A stretch of DNA of 62,958 nucleotides, counting the filler, from Octopus bimaculoides (lineage: Eukaryota): NCBI RefSeq assembly GCF_001194135.2. It is 3 parts of 3 records of this genome, joined end to end, with 100 filler letters (N's around TTAATTAATTAA, not from the genome) between each part and the next. Parts side by side here need not be neighbours in the genome. Positions count along the whole stretch, not along the records: positions 31,246 to 59,330 come from NC_068987.1; positions 59,431 to 62,958 come from NC_068981.1; 1 more part is not named here. The stretch is one strand, 5' to 3'. How positions within the stretch are numbered: position 1 is the stretch's first letter; each line of letters begins with the position of its first letter. The notes below the pieces were generated by a model. That model had not been told where the DNA came from, made no database searches, and saw only the letters and a program-made list of their open reading frames with translations. Position numbers and translations under genes: made by a program. This document shows positions 52,380 through 62,958 of this stretch, piece after piece.

Positions 52380-53150
52380 TTTTAATCTTTTACTTGTCAT
52401 TGGAATGTGGTCATGCTGGGACACCACCTAGAAGTATTTTCTCGAAGAAATCGACTCCAGTACTTATTTTAAAGTTTAGTTCTCATTGTATCTGTTACTT
52501 TTACCGAATCGCTAAGTTACTAGAACATAAACAAACTATTATCGGTTATCAACCGGTTGTCTTTTATCTTTTATTCATTTCAGTCATTATATTACGGCCA
52601 TGCTGGTGCACCACCTTGAAGGATTTTTTTGTCGAACGAATCAATCCAAGTCCTTACTTTTTAATGCCTGGTACTTATTCTATCTGTCTCTTTTGCCGAA
52701 CCGCTAGGATACTGGTGCGTAGACACACCAACACCGGTTGCCAAGTGATTCTGGGGGATAAACAGAGACACAAAGACATACATGCATAGCTATATGCATG
52801 TATATATATATATATATATNNNNNNNNNNNNNNNNNNNNNNNNNNNNNNNNNNNNNNNNNNNNNNNNNNNNNNNNNNNNNNNNNNNNNNNNNNNNNNNNN
52901 NNNNNNNNNNNNNNNNNNNNNNNNNNNNNNNNNNNNNNNNNNNNNNNNNNNNNNNNNNNNNNNNNNNNNNNNNNNNNNNNNNNNNNNNNNNNNNNNNNNN
53001 NNNNNNNTATATTTGTAATGGGCTTCTTTCAGTTTCCATCCTCCAATACTATTTGGCCGGCCTTGCCCAATGTGCCACGCAGTGAGACTGAACACGGAAC
53101 CATGTAGCTGGGAAACAAGCTGCTTACCACACAGTCACGAACACAAGCCC
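52380..53150 (-). mobile_element. SINE family B pieces (two 3' halves, gap, 5' head)
   Basis: GTCATT..GGTCATGCTGG blocks at ~52395 and ~52580; head GTGCCACGCAGTGAGACTGAAC..CTTACCACACAGTCAC at 53070-53140. Confidence 0.8.
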
Positions 53151-53262
53151 AAACAAATACAAATACACACACGCGCGTGCGCACACACACACACATACAC
53201 ACCCGCATAATACACACACACAAACATACATGCATACATTCATACATAAATACATGCTTGCT

Positions 53263-53314
<52 letters not shown>

Positions 53315-53401
53315 ATTAAGATAGAGTTGATTTAGGTACTTAAGTTGACGCACCTTGCAAGTTCAGTACAGTCCGCACAGCTCCAAGAGTACAGAATGTA
53401 A

Positions 53402-53723
53402 ATAAGCAGCAAGGATGTACAGGTATCAATACATTACGGCCGTTTCAAGCGGCTTCATTTAATTGATTACTGAAAACATTACAGCAATTTAAGAGAAACC
53501 TCTCCCTTCAGATGCAGATGACCATATAGATTTCAAAGACAAAGAGTAAACCATTTTAAACAAATTTACATAAAAACTAGAAACCAAAATAATAACTTGT
53601 TTCGTATGTTATATCTGTGGCAACTGTTTCTTTCAAATTGATGTAATATTTTCATTGTTCAATTGAATGGAGTCGCTTGAAACGGCCGTAATGCATTGAC
53701 ATCTGTACGTCCTTGTTACTTAT
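53402..53723. mobile_element. MITE-like element with 65-bp inverted arms
   Basis: 53402-53466 versus reverse complement of 53659-53723: 56/65 identical, no indels. Confidence 0.88.
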
Positions 53724-53725
53724 AA

Positions 53726-53818
<93 letters not shown>

Positions 53819-54043
53819 GATGAAAAATTCGCCCAGCAAATTATTTTATTTCCTAAAAAAATTTAGAAACCTAGGTCCGACGGGAATAAAATAACAAGGT
53901 AAAAAGTTGCTACTTTTCATTCCTTTTGAAGATTGCTCTTTAAATGTGGTATTGGTCGTTTTGACTACTTCTTGTAGCGTGTAAAAACTGCCCGTTGAAG
54001 GAAGTTTTCTCTTGTGTTTAAATGTACACTATTTTATATTGAG

Positions 54044-54081
<38 letters not shown>

Positions 54082-54135
54082 TATACACGTNNNNNNNNNN
54101 NNNNNNNNNNNNNNNNNNNNNNNNNNNACTTATAA

Positions 54136-54228
<93 letters not shown>

Positions 54229-54453
54229 GATGAAAAATTCGCCCAGCAAATTATTTTATTTCCTAAAAAAATTTAGAAACCTAGGTCCGACGGGAATAAA
54301 ATAACAAGGTAAAAAGTTGCTACTTTTCATTCCTTTTGAAGATTGCTCTTTAAATGTGGTATTGGTCGTTTTGACTACTTCTTGTAGCGTGTAAAAACTG
54401 CCCGTTGAAGGAAGTTTTCTCTTGTGTTTAAATGTACACTATTTTATATTGAG

Positions 54454-54491
<38 letters not shown>

Positions 54492-54500
54492 TATACACGT
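53718..54500. other. Identical ~373-bp duplication across a 37-N gap (probable assembly overlap)
   Basis: 53718-54090 and 54128-54500 appear identical apart from microsatellite copy number and directly flank the gap. Confidence 0.85.
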
Positions 54501-55215
54501 ACACACACGAAGAGCTTCGAGACAGTTCGCGACTACAAAATTCACTCACGAGGATTGAGCTTATAGAATAAAGGCACTTGATCAAGGCACTGTGCAGTGT
54601 GGCAGAACTTGAAACCTCATCGTTGCAAATCGAACTTCTTTACCAGAACCATGCGTGCACCAAAATAAGTCTCTTTTGTATTCGAGAAATGATTGAATGA
54701 ATTAATAATCTTATGTTGATCTTAGAATTAACAACTCAGCTATTTCGCTTTAACATACAAAATCTTCTAGACGATGACAAATTAATTAAAATTAAAAGGA
54801 CAAACTAATTCAAATTAAAAACGTGATTATTTTTTTCCGTAATATACAAAGGTTAAATGTTAAAATAAATAATTGAACGAAAAATAAACCGACTGTCTAT
54901 TAACGATGGCGAAATCAGATGCTTCAAATGTCATTTTGAAATGGCAACAAATTGTGTGCATGAATTTGTTTGTGTGTAAATATATGTGTGCACGTGTGAG
55001 TGTGTGTTTACATATCTTTCAGTTAGTATATACACACACACATTGATGTTTGTCTTTATGTTGAGTTATAATTTAAGCAATTTAGCATCAAACTGAAGAA
55101 TTACTATCTACTTTTTTGTAGAGTACATATTTATTAAACTTTTACAGGAACAGAGACAGTGACTTCGAAGCTTCAGCCTGCCAGCCTTCGTCGGACAATA
55201 TATATACTGTGACCA

Positions 55216-55867
55216 GACGGGCAAGCTGGCAGAAACTTTAGCACGCCGGGCGAAATGCTTAGCGGTATTTCGTCTGCTGCTACGTTTTAAATTCAAATTC
55301 CGCCAAAGTCGACTTTGCATTTCATCCTTTCGGTATCGATTAAATAAGTACCAGTTACGCACTGGGGTCGATGTAATCGACTTAATCTGTTTGTCTGTCC
55401 TTTTTTGTCCCCTCTATGTTTAGCCCCTTGTGGGCAATAAAGAGATAAGAAACGTTAGCACACCGGACGAAATGCTTAGCGGTATTTCGTCTGCCGCAAC
55501 GTTCTCAGTTCAAATTCCGCCGAGGTCAACTTTGCTTTTCATCCTTTCGGGGTCGATAAATTAAGTACCAGTTACGCACTGGTATCGATGTAATCGACTT
55601 AATCCCTTTGTCTGTCCTTGTTTGTCCCCTCTATGTTTAGCCTCTTGTGGACAATAAACAAATAAGAAAAGTTAGCACGCCGGACGAAATGCTTAGCAGT
55701 ATTTCGTCTGTCTTTATGTTCTGAGTTCAAATTCCGCCGAGGTCGACTTTGCCTTTCATCATTTAGGCGTTGATAAATTAAGTACCAGTTACGTACTGGG
55801 GATCAATCTAATCGACTGGTCCCCTCCCCCAAAATTTCGGGCCTTGTGCTTAGAGTAGAAAAGAATA
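55216..55867 (+). mobile_element. SINE family A head-to-tail trimer (tail A, tail A, tail B)
   Basis: Unit 1 has a full head; units 2 and 3 start at AACGTTAGCAC (55451) and AAAGTTAGCAC (55668) after ..AATAAG(A); the last unit ends in tail B. Confidence 0.93.
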
Positions 55868-56482
55868 TATATACTGTAATGTTTATTTAAATATAACATA
55901 AAAGAAGAAAGAGAGAAACAAATCCTTAGTGTAAATCTGTGTATTAATACAATACAACAGGCTTTAATATTTCGTTGATTATGCGTTCAGTAATGAATGT
56001 TAGCAGCTGAATTATGAAACTTATTGATTATAGACACCAGTATTTATTCAGTAATAGATCTTCAGACGAAGTTACTATGTTTATATATTGCTCCGCCATC
56101 TTTGAATGATATTATATTATTCACGGCTATGCGCATGGCATTCTAATGACGGGAGATAACGGTTTAGCTTTGTTTTAAGGTTTACATCCCTTGAGTGCGA
56201 CAAGTCTTAAAACTGTCAATGGAAGAGCGAAGAGTCTCATGTAGACACCATACGCATGCACACGCGCTCACGCACGCACGCAAACACACACACACATATA
56301 CACGCACACACTCACACACAAATACACACTCATGCGTCTAGTGGTTCATATGTAATACTCTTATAGGTTGTCTAATTACAATAATAATTACATGTGATTA
56401 TAAAATTAAATGATTCAAGTCCAAGAGCGACTATACGGAATGAGGCACAAAAGGAATTAAGAGATGCTTTGTATAGTTAGAA

Positions 56483-56680
56483 GGAGGCAAGCTGGTAGAG
56501 TCGTTAACCCATTGGATAAAATATCTAGCGGCATTTCTTCCTGATCTTTACGTAATGAATTCGAATCCCGACGAGGTCAACTTTACCTTCCACTTCTTCG
56601 GGGATCAAGGAAATAAGTCGAAAACTGGAATCGATGTAACCGACTCGTTTCTTGCACTCAGAAATTACTGGTCTTGAGCC
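56483..56680 (+). mobile_element. Old diverged SINE family A copy
   Basis: GGCAAGCTGGTAGAGTCGTTA..GAATTCGAATCCCG.CGAGGTCAACTTT.CCTTCC..TCGATGTAACCGAC. Confidence 0.75.
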
Positions 56681-57340
56681 CCGCTATGGACCGTTATCCT
56701 GTTCAGGGGAAATATTGTGATCTCGGTCACTTATACACCATAGAAATCCAGTAACCGGCCTCATGAGTCCTAGGGCCCAAGAGAAAAATATATGGTTAGA
56801 TTCTATTTATAGTTAGGTGCTATATATCTTCGAAAAATATACCGAAGGAAATACTATAGAAAACAATAGTTCAAGAATGTTGTATAAAAAGATCCAGCAA
56901 ATTACGATCTAGAAAGTTCTGAAATTTCATGGTTGGTTCATAGAAGTAAAGGCTAAAAGTCTGGGCGAAAACGGTTTCAGAGAGGCTTGTGTTTTCTGGA
57001 ATTTTATCTGGTGATATCGTGCCTACACAAAATGTATCTGTACGGTGGAGCTCTATAACTGTTCTGTGCGTATTCCTACATTCTTTGATTATCAAATGAA
57101 TTTCAATAGCGCCTATTTTTTTTTTTACCTGACGATAGTTGCAGAACGAACATTTTTTTGGTGTAAGCGGTATTTGAATGTGATTTCTGTTAGCTCTGTA
57201 GAACAATGACATGCTGGAAAGTACATCAGCATATTGCACATCGGTTCTTTTGTAGTATTTGTCATTCATGGAGGCGGTATCTATGTTAGCATTGGCTCTT
57301 CTCGTTGGTATTGCCGTTGGGTTTCCTCATTGTGATTCTT

Positions 57341-57405
57341 CTTAAGAAATATTTTTTCTTAGGAAATATTTTTTCTTAGGAAATATTTTTTCTTAGGAAA
57401 TATTA
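57341..57405. repeat. 17-bp tandem repeat AGGAAATATTTTTTCTT x~3.6
   Basis: Read directly. Confidence 0.93.
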
Positions 57406-59075
57406 CTGTAAAAAGGACATAGAAGAAATATGATTGATCATGTGGAATATTTCAGATTGGAAGTAGATTTCGTTTTTTATTAAATAACAGTTCCAGGCTT
57501 TAGGCAAAGGAAACATGTGACATGTCATGTTTAAGGTTCTCCAGAAGAAATCAACTTAAAAATAAAATTAAACGGATCCAAATGAGGATAAACCAACATC
57601 CACCAGTGGATCACAGAGAGCTTAGATCTTGCACTATTATGCTGATCAAACCACTTTGATAAATAGATTGATGAATACATGCATGTGTGTCGGACAGACA
57701 CAACTTAGTACCTCTCTTTCTCCTACTTCCATCCATTCTTCCATCCATCTATTCATCCACCATCCATTCCTCCATTCATCAATCTATACCACCATCCATA
57801 CCCTCTCCATACATGTGCACTTACATGCATAAATACGATTATATATTTTCCCTGTAAAAGCTACAATGCTGGAAAGAATGGTAAAAATTTTGATAGAAAA
57901 GATCAATAGTGATTGAGTAGATATACATATGAAAACTCTGAAGAATATTTCCGAAGGCTTTTTCGCTTTGGCGTAGTTTCGTGACTGGCTTCCCTTCTGC
58001 AGAACGTAATGAGATCTACACTGTCACAAACACCTCTTCCGCTTCCATTCAAAGTCAATGAATTCTTAAATGTCATGTCGATGGCAATAACGACACAAAA
58101 GATTTCTCTCCAAACTGACAGTCAACAAAGAAACGGAAATAAATAAAGAACAGCTGGAAGTCACATCGATTCTCTGCGTCAGGTTATTGTACTTTTGAAT
58201 AATTTTTGTTTTTCCGGCAAGCGCTTTTGAAAGTGCAAGAAATATTTGCCTACTTATCAGATCATAACTAACAGAAATTGACACAGAAGGAAAGCATAAT
58301 ATCGCTTCACTTACGTATATTTTTTCGCTAGCCATTCTTTTCAGTCCATGAAAAAATATTTTTCAGATAACTACAAATATCGATGATACTTTGCAGAATT
58401 GCTTTACAATATTTATCGTAGTTTATTGTCTGCGGATTACAAAATCAATAAAACGTCGCAAAAACTGTCAGGTGCAATTTAGTGACGTGTCTTTGCTTTC
58501 TGAAATTGAAGTCCCATCAGGGTTGAGAGTGCCTTTCATCTTTTGCAGTTAGATGAAAAAAAAATGAAGGGTTTATTTAAATGACAGTTATTTCCCTCAG
58601 AACGTGTGGCCTAATGTCAGAAAACATTATTGACAAAAACGACGGTTTTAGCTACATTGCAGAACGTTCTGAGTTGAAATCCTGGCAAGGATCACAGGAT
58701 GGACCAAGAACTTCATGAGCATATCGTTGGATTTCAAGATCTCTGTGAAGTAAGGAGGTGAGATGGTCACATGCGGAACACTATTGATTATCAGCACATT
58801 CAATCATGAGTGACTTGGTGGTTAAAGAAGCACAACAATAAATGTAATAACAATTTCATTTTATTTTTTATGTAAGTTATCACTTTTAATAAATTTTTGT
58901 TATGCATCAAGATTCTATATTCCAGAAAAAAGGTATAAACGGGATGTCGTGGCAATAATGTCTTCATAACAGCATTTGTTGTAATGAAAAATTAAACTTC
59001 TAACGAGTGGGATTCGAAACTTCCAATAAAATTCGATGTCCACCTACCAAACTCATGCTCCACTAGTCATTCTAT

Positions 59076-59301
59076 AAGGCGGGGAGCTGGCGGAAATGTT
59101 TGGCCCCCAGTGGGCAATAAAGAAATTGGTATTTCGTCCGTCTTTACGTTCTGAGTTCAAATTCCGCCGAGGTCGACTTTGTCTTTCATCCTTTCGGGGT
59201 CGATAAATTCGGGGTCGTACCAGTTGCATACTGGGGTTGATCTAATCGACTGGCTCCCCCTACCTCAAAATTTCGGGCTTTGTGCCTTGAGTAGAAAAGA
59301 T
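59076..59301 (+). mobile_element. SINE family A chimeric copy (head + tail A end + headless unit with tail B)
   Basis: GGCGGGGAGCTGGCGGAAATGTTT joined to GTGGGCAATAAAGAAATT, joined to GGTATTTCGTC..core..tail B. Confidence 0.85.
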
Positions 59302-59330
59302 TTTATATATACTTTATATATATTTTATAT

Positions 59331-59430
59331 NNNNNNNNNNNNNNNNNNNNNNNNNNNNNNNNNNNNNNNNNNNNTTAATTAATTAANNNNNNNNNNNNNN
59401 NNNNNNNNNNNNNNNNNNNNNNNNNNNNNN
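59331..59430. other. Artificial scaffold linker 44N-TTAATTAATTAA-44N
   Basis: Identical to 31146-31245. Confidence 0.95.
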
Positions 59431-59690
59431 GTATACATACTTACATACATATATATATATAGAGAGAAAAATATATATAGGTATTCATAGATATATATAT
59501 ATATGTATAAATACATATATATATGTATACATATATATGGATAAATGTGTACATATATATGTATAAATGTATACATATATATATGTATATATGTGTACGT
59601 ATATATGTATAAATAAATATATATGTATATATGTGTACATATGTATATATATATATATAATATATATATATTTATATGTACAGATATGTG

Positions 59691-59722
<32 letters not shown>

Positions 59723-59740
59723 AATACACATGTATAGACA
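59431..59740. repeat. Degenerate (TA)/(TACA) low-complexity tract
   Basis: Read directly. Confidence 0.93.
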
Positions 59741-59866
59741 CACTTATTTGAGTGTGTAGAGGGAGGTGTTGGAGATTAATGTGTCAAAATATTTTGTAAG
59801 AGAAGGAGAAAGTGAGTGTGAATGAGTATGGAAGAAAAGTCAGAGTCCCCCTCTCTCTCTCTTTCT

Positions 59867-59904
<38 letters not shown>

Positions 59905-60079
59905 CCCCCCTCTCTCTGTGTGGATATATACGAGAGAATTGTAGAGGGAAGCTGAAACAACGCTCAACAATGTCAGTTAAGGTTGTCAGATTATATAAAC
60001 CAAAGTGAGATTAACAATGGTGATGTTGAATTTGAGGACAACACATTGTAAGAAACAAGCCCATCAACAACAAATCATA

Positions 60080-60105
60080 CATGTATACATACGTACCTAT
60101 ATACG

Positions 60106-60155
<50 letters not shown>

Positions 60156-60565
60156 CGTAAAGACATACATTCATATACATGTATATATATATATATACAC
60201 ATCTGTATACATGTTTATAGTTATGTAATTATATGTGTATATATATATATATATATTTGTATGTATATATATGTATATATATATGTGTATATATATATAT
60301 TTGTATGTATATATATGTATATATATATGTGTATATATATATATATATTTGTATGTATATATATGTATATATATATGTGTATATATATATATATTTGTAT
60401 GTATATATATGTATATATATATGTGTATATATATATATATATTTGTATGTATATATATGTATATATATATGTATATATATATATATGCGTATATGTGTAT
60501 ATCTATGTATATATAAATAAATGTATATATATATATGTATATATATGTGTATATTCATATATGTA

Positions 60566-60632
<67 letters not shown>

Positions 60633-60668
60633 CTCTACCTATCTATCTACTTATACTGTACACACACA
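60080..60668. repeat. (CA)n plus higher-order TA/TG minisatellite (~30-34 bp unit TTTGTATGTATATATATGTATATATATATGTG(TA)n)
   Basis: Repeats about 6 times between 60257 and 60480. Confidence 0.93.
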
Positions 60669-60670
60669 TA

Positions 60671-60880
60671 CCGTATTTTCCGGCATGCAAGTTGACGTAG
60701 GAGATAATGTAAACATGTGGTGTAAACATTCAAACGTTGTCACTTTCCATCCAAATCCTTTTTGTATTCCACGTGGAATTTTTTGTCCTCCAAAGCCATC
60801 TTGGTGTAAAAGTCGATCTATTTTCTTTTGACTGTAAATTTTGGTTTCAGTAATTTAACATTTTTAGACGGAAAATACGT
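60671..60880. mobile_element. Possible pogo/Tigger-like MITE
   Basis: TA|CCGTATTTTCCG (60671-60682) and CGGAAAATACGT (60869-60880) are 11/12 inverted; short TIR, right TSD imperfect. Confidence 0.5.
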
Positions 60881-61261
60881 CATCCGCGCGCGCTCACACA
60901 CTGACACAGACACACATTTCACCCACGTCTCTCTCTTTCCGTTTTCTATCATAATCACTGAAAAGTCATTTTTCAGTTATAGCTACGCTTCATAGCCACA
61001 CGGACATGCCGGCGCTTGCCGATCCATCCATCCGTCACTCTCTCCCTCTATTCATACATCTATCCTTCCCTCCATCCATGTATCCATCGATCCAACCATT
61101 CCTCGCTCTCTCCCTCCCTCCAACCATCCATCCATCTGTCAATCCACTTTTGCCTCCATACCTTTCGCCTTTTACTTGTCTCAGTCATTATACATGCAGC
61201 CAACATGGGGTACCGACTTTGAGAATTTTGGTCGAACGAATCAACGAAGAACGAATCTTAG

Positions 61262-61515
61262 GTGTAGGCACGTGACTTTGTGGTTAGGCTGTTGGATTCA
61301 TGATCGCACGATTGCGGCTTCGATTGCTGGACCGGGCGACGCTTTGTGTTCTCGAGCAAAACACTTCATATCATGCTGCTCCAGTCCACTTAGCTGGCAA
61401 AAATGAGTAATCCTGCAACGGACCAGCGTCCCGTTCAGGTGGGAAATATATATGCCAAGGAAACCGAGAAACTGGCCCTTATCAGTCGGTATGCCTCGAG
61501 AAGGAAATAAATAAA
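61262..61515 (+). mobile_element. tRNA-derived SINE (family related to 15990-16200)
   Basis: GTGGTTAGG..GGCTTCGATTGC head, CGAGCAAAACACTTCAT..GCTCCAGTCCACTTAGCTG..CTGCAACGGACCAGCGTCCCGTTCAGG body, A-rich tail. Confidence 0.75.
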
Positions 61516-61554
61516 AGTCTACTCCATTACTTTTTGTTTTATTTTTTAAAGATC

Positions 61555-61921
<367 letters not shown>

Positions 61922-62887
61922 GTTCCTTATAGTTTTTGTTTAACTGTAATTCCACACTAATTGAGAAGATGTATGTTCAAAGGCATCCTAATAGGTATCA
62001 CCGCGTCTATTATCCAAACTTATTGTATTTAGGTTTTATATTATCTAATGCATTCTTGTCTTCTTTCTTTTTATAGCCAATAGGATATGATTTAATGGAG
62101 ATAAAGCTGCTATTTGTAGCATGTCGAGTGAACATATGAAGGCACCCTGTTTAGCTTGTTTGTTGTACATATAATAATAAAAAAAATTAATAAACAACAA
62201 AAATAATTATATTAGAATAAACGAGATGTACAGCACATCTGTAGATCATTTTATATTATAATGGTTTTGTCAGACGAGGAAGGGTAGCATATATACCAGA
62301 CCCTTTTGGCAGAGAGGGTAGGGATGAAGATGATATGTCTTCAGTTGTTGTTGATGATATTGTAGTAGTTGTTATTTAGTCAAAAATCAGCCGTTACCGA
62401 AGAAATGTATTTATCAAAGACATACCAATTGTGATCTTCCCTCCTTTTATACAGACATTGTGTGTTTCCAACTACATTAACCAATTATCTAACGCGCCTA
62501 TTTCTTAAGACTGTAGAGTATGAATTACTGGAAGATTTGGCAATAATGTTAAAGGTTACTTTTGCGGCACAGGAGTTGCTACTATAACCAACAAACTAAG
62601 AAGACATCGAGTTAGCTTCAGCCCAGCAACCTTGCCCAAAATCTTGTAAACAGAGTGGAGACGACCGCTAATGGCACCCAAGTACAAGATGAAATAGAGA
62701 GTAGCGTATTTTATAACCCTATTACGGGTTCAGTCCAGCTAGTGGGCTACATAAATTCATTTCCTCGATTTCACTTCAGAAGGATTCTTTCGGACTCACG
62801 GTTGCAGTAGAGAACACTTGTCCAAAATAACGCTTAGAGAAGCCGAACCAGGAAACGCGGAATTGCGAAGCACCGACATCTCCCCGC

Positions 62888-62917
62888 TCTCTCTCTTTCC
62901 GTCTCTCTCTCTCTCTT

Positions 62918-62958
<41 letters not shown>
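62888..62958. repeat. (CT)n microsatellite
   Basis: Runs off the window end. Confidence 0.97.

Noticed and set aside
53718-54500. Tandem duplication as a biological event
   Set aside because: Identical copies directly flanking a gap are typical of an unmerged contig overlap.
55216-55867. Regularly spaced repeats suggestive of a CRISPR array
   Set aside because: Units are ~220-bp SINE monomers with no unique spacers; eukaryotic context; no cas genes.
57268-57345. Signal-peptide-like MEAVSMLALALLVGIAVGFPHCDSS* on + strand
   Set aside because: 25-aa ORF with no convincing donor site; antisense to the longer minus frame.

Overview
AT-rich, microsatellite-dense animal genomic DNA. The repeat complement (tRNA-derived SINEs with Meta-like and CORE-like cores, RLE-type, CR1-type and RTE-type LINE debris, Tc1/mariner MITEs) looks like an octopus draft assembly; that taxon call is an inference from recalled repeat sequences. 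I find no intact, recognisable protein-coding gene, rRNA, true tRNA or CRISPR array. Nearly all long ORFs in the track are artefacts of N-gaps and simple repeats. The recognisable coding remnants are all transposon-derived: an R4/Dong-like CCHC + restriction-like endonuclease 3' end (121-1217), an R4/Dong-like RT core (46135-46560), a CR1-like RT (45145-45450), an RTE 3' end (40810-41120) and a mariner-type transposase N-terminus (51657-51910). Two artificial 100-bp linkers (44N-TTAATTAATTAA-44N) show the window is three separately assembled pieces. The most interesting observations are: head-to-tail SINE multimers with a recurring junction and two alternative tails; a ~200-bp unit without terminal repeats that has inserted inside a SINE; several long fold-back structures that would be dsRNA/ADAR substrates if transcribed; and a CpG-rich promoter-like island at 17.5-17.8 kb. 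Several orphan exon candidates are listed at low confidence. I did not find evidence strong enough to claim a new biological system. Repeat boundaries are approximate (about +/-10 bp) unless stated.
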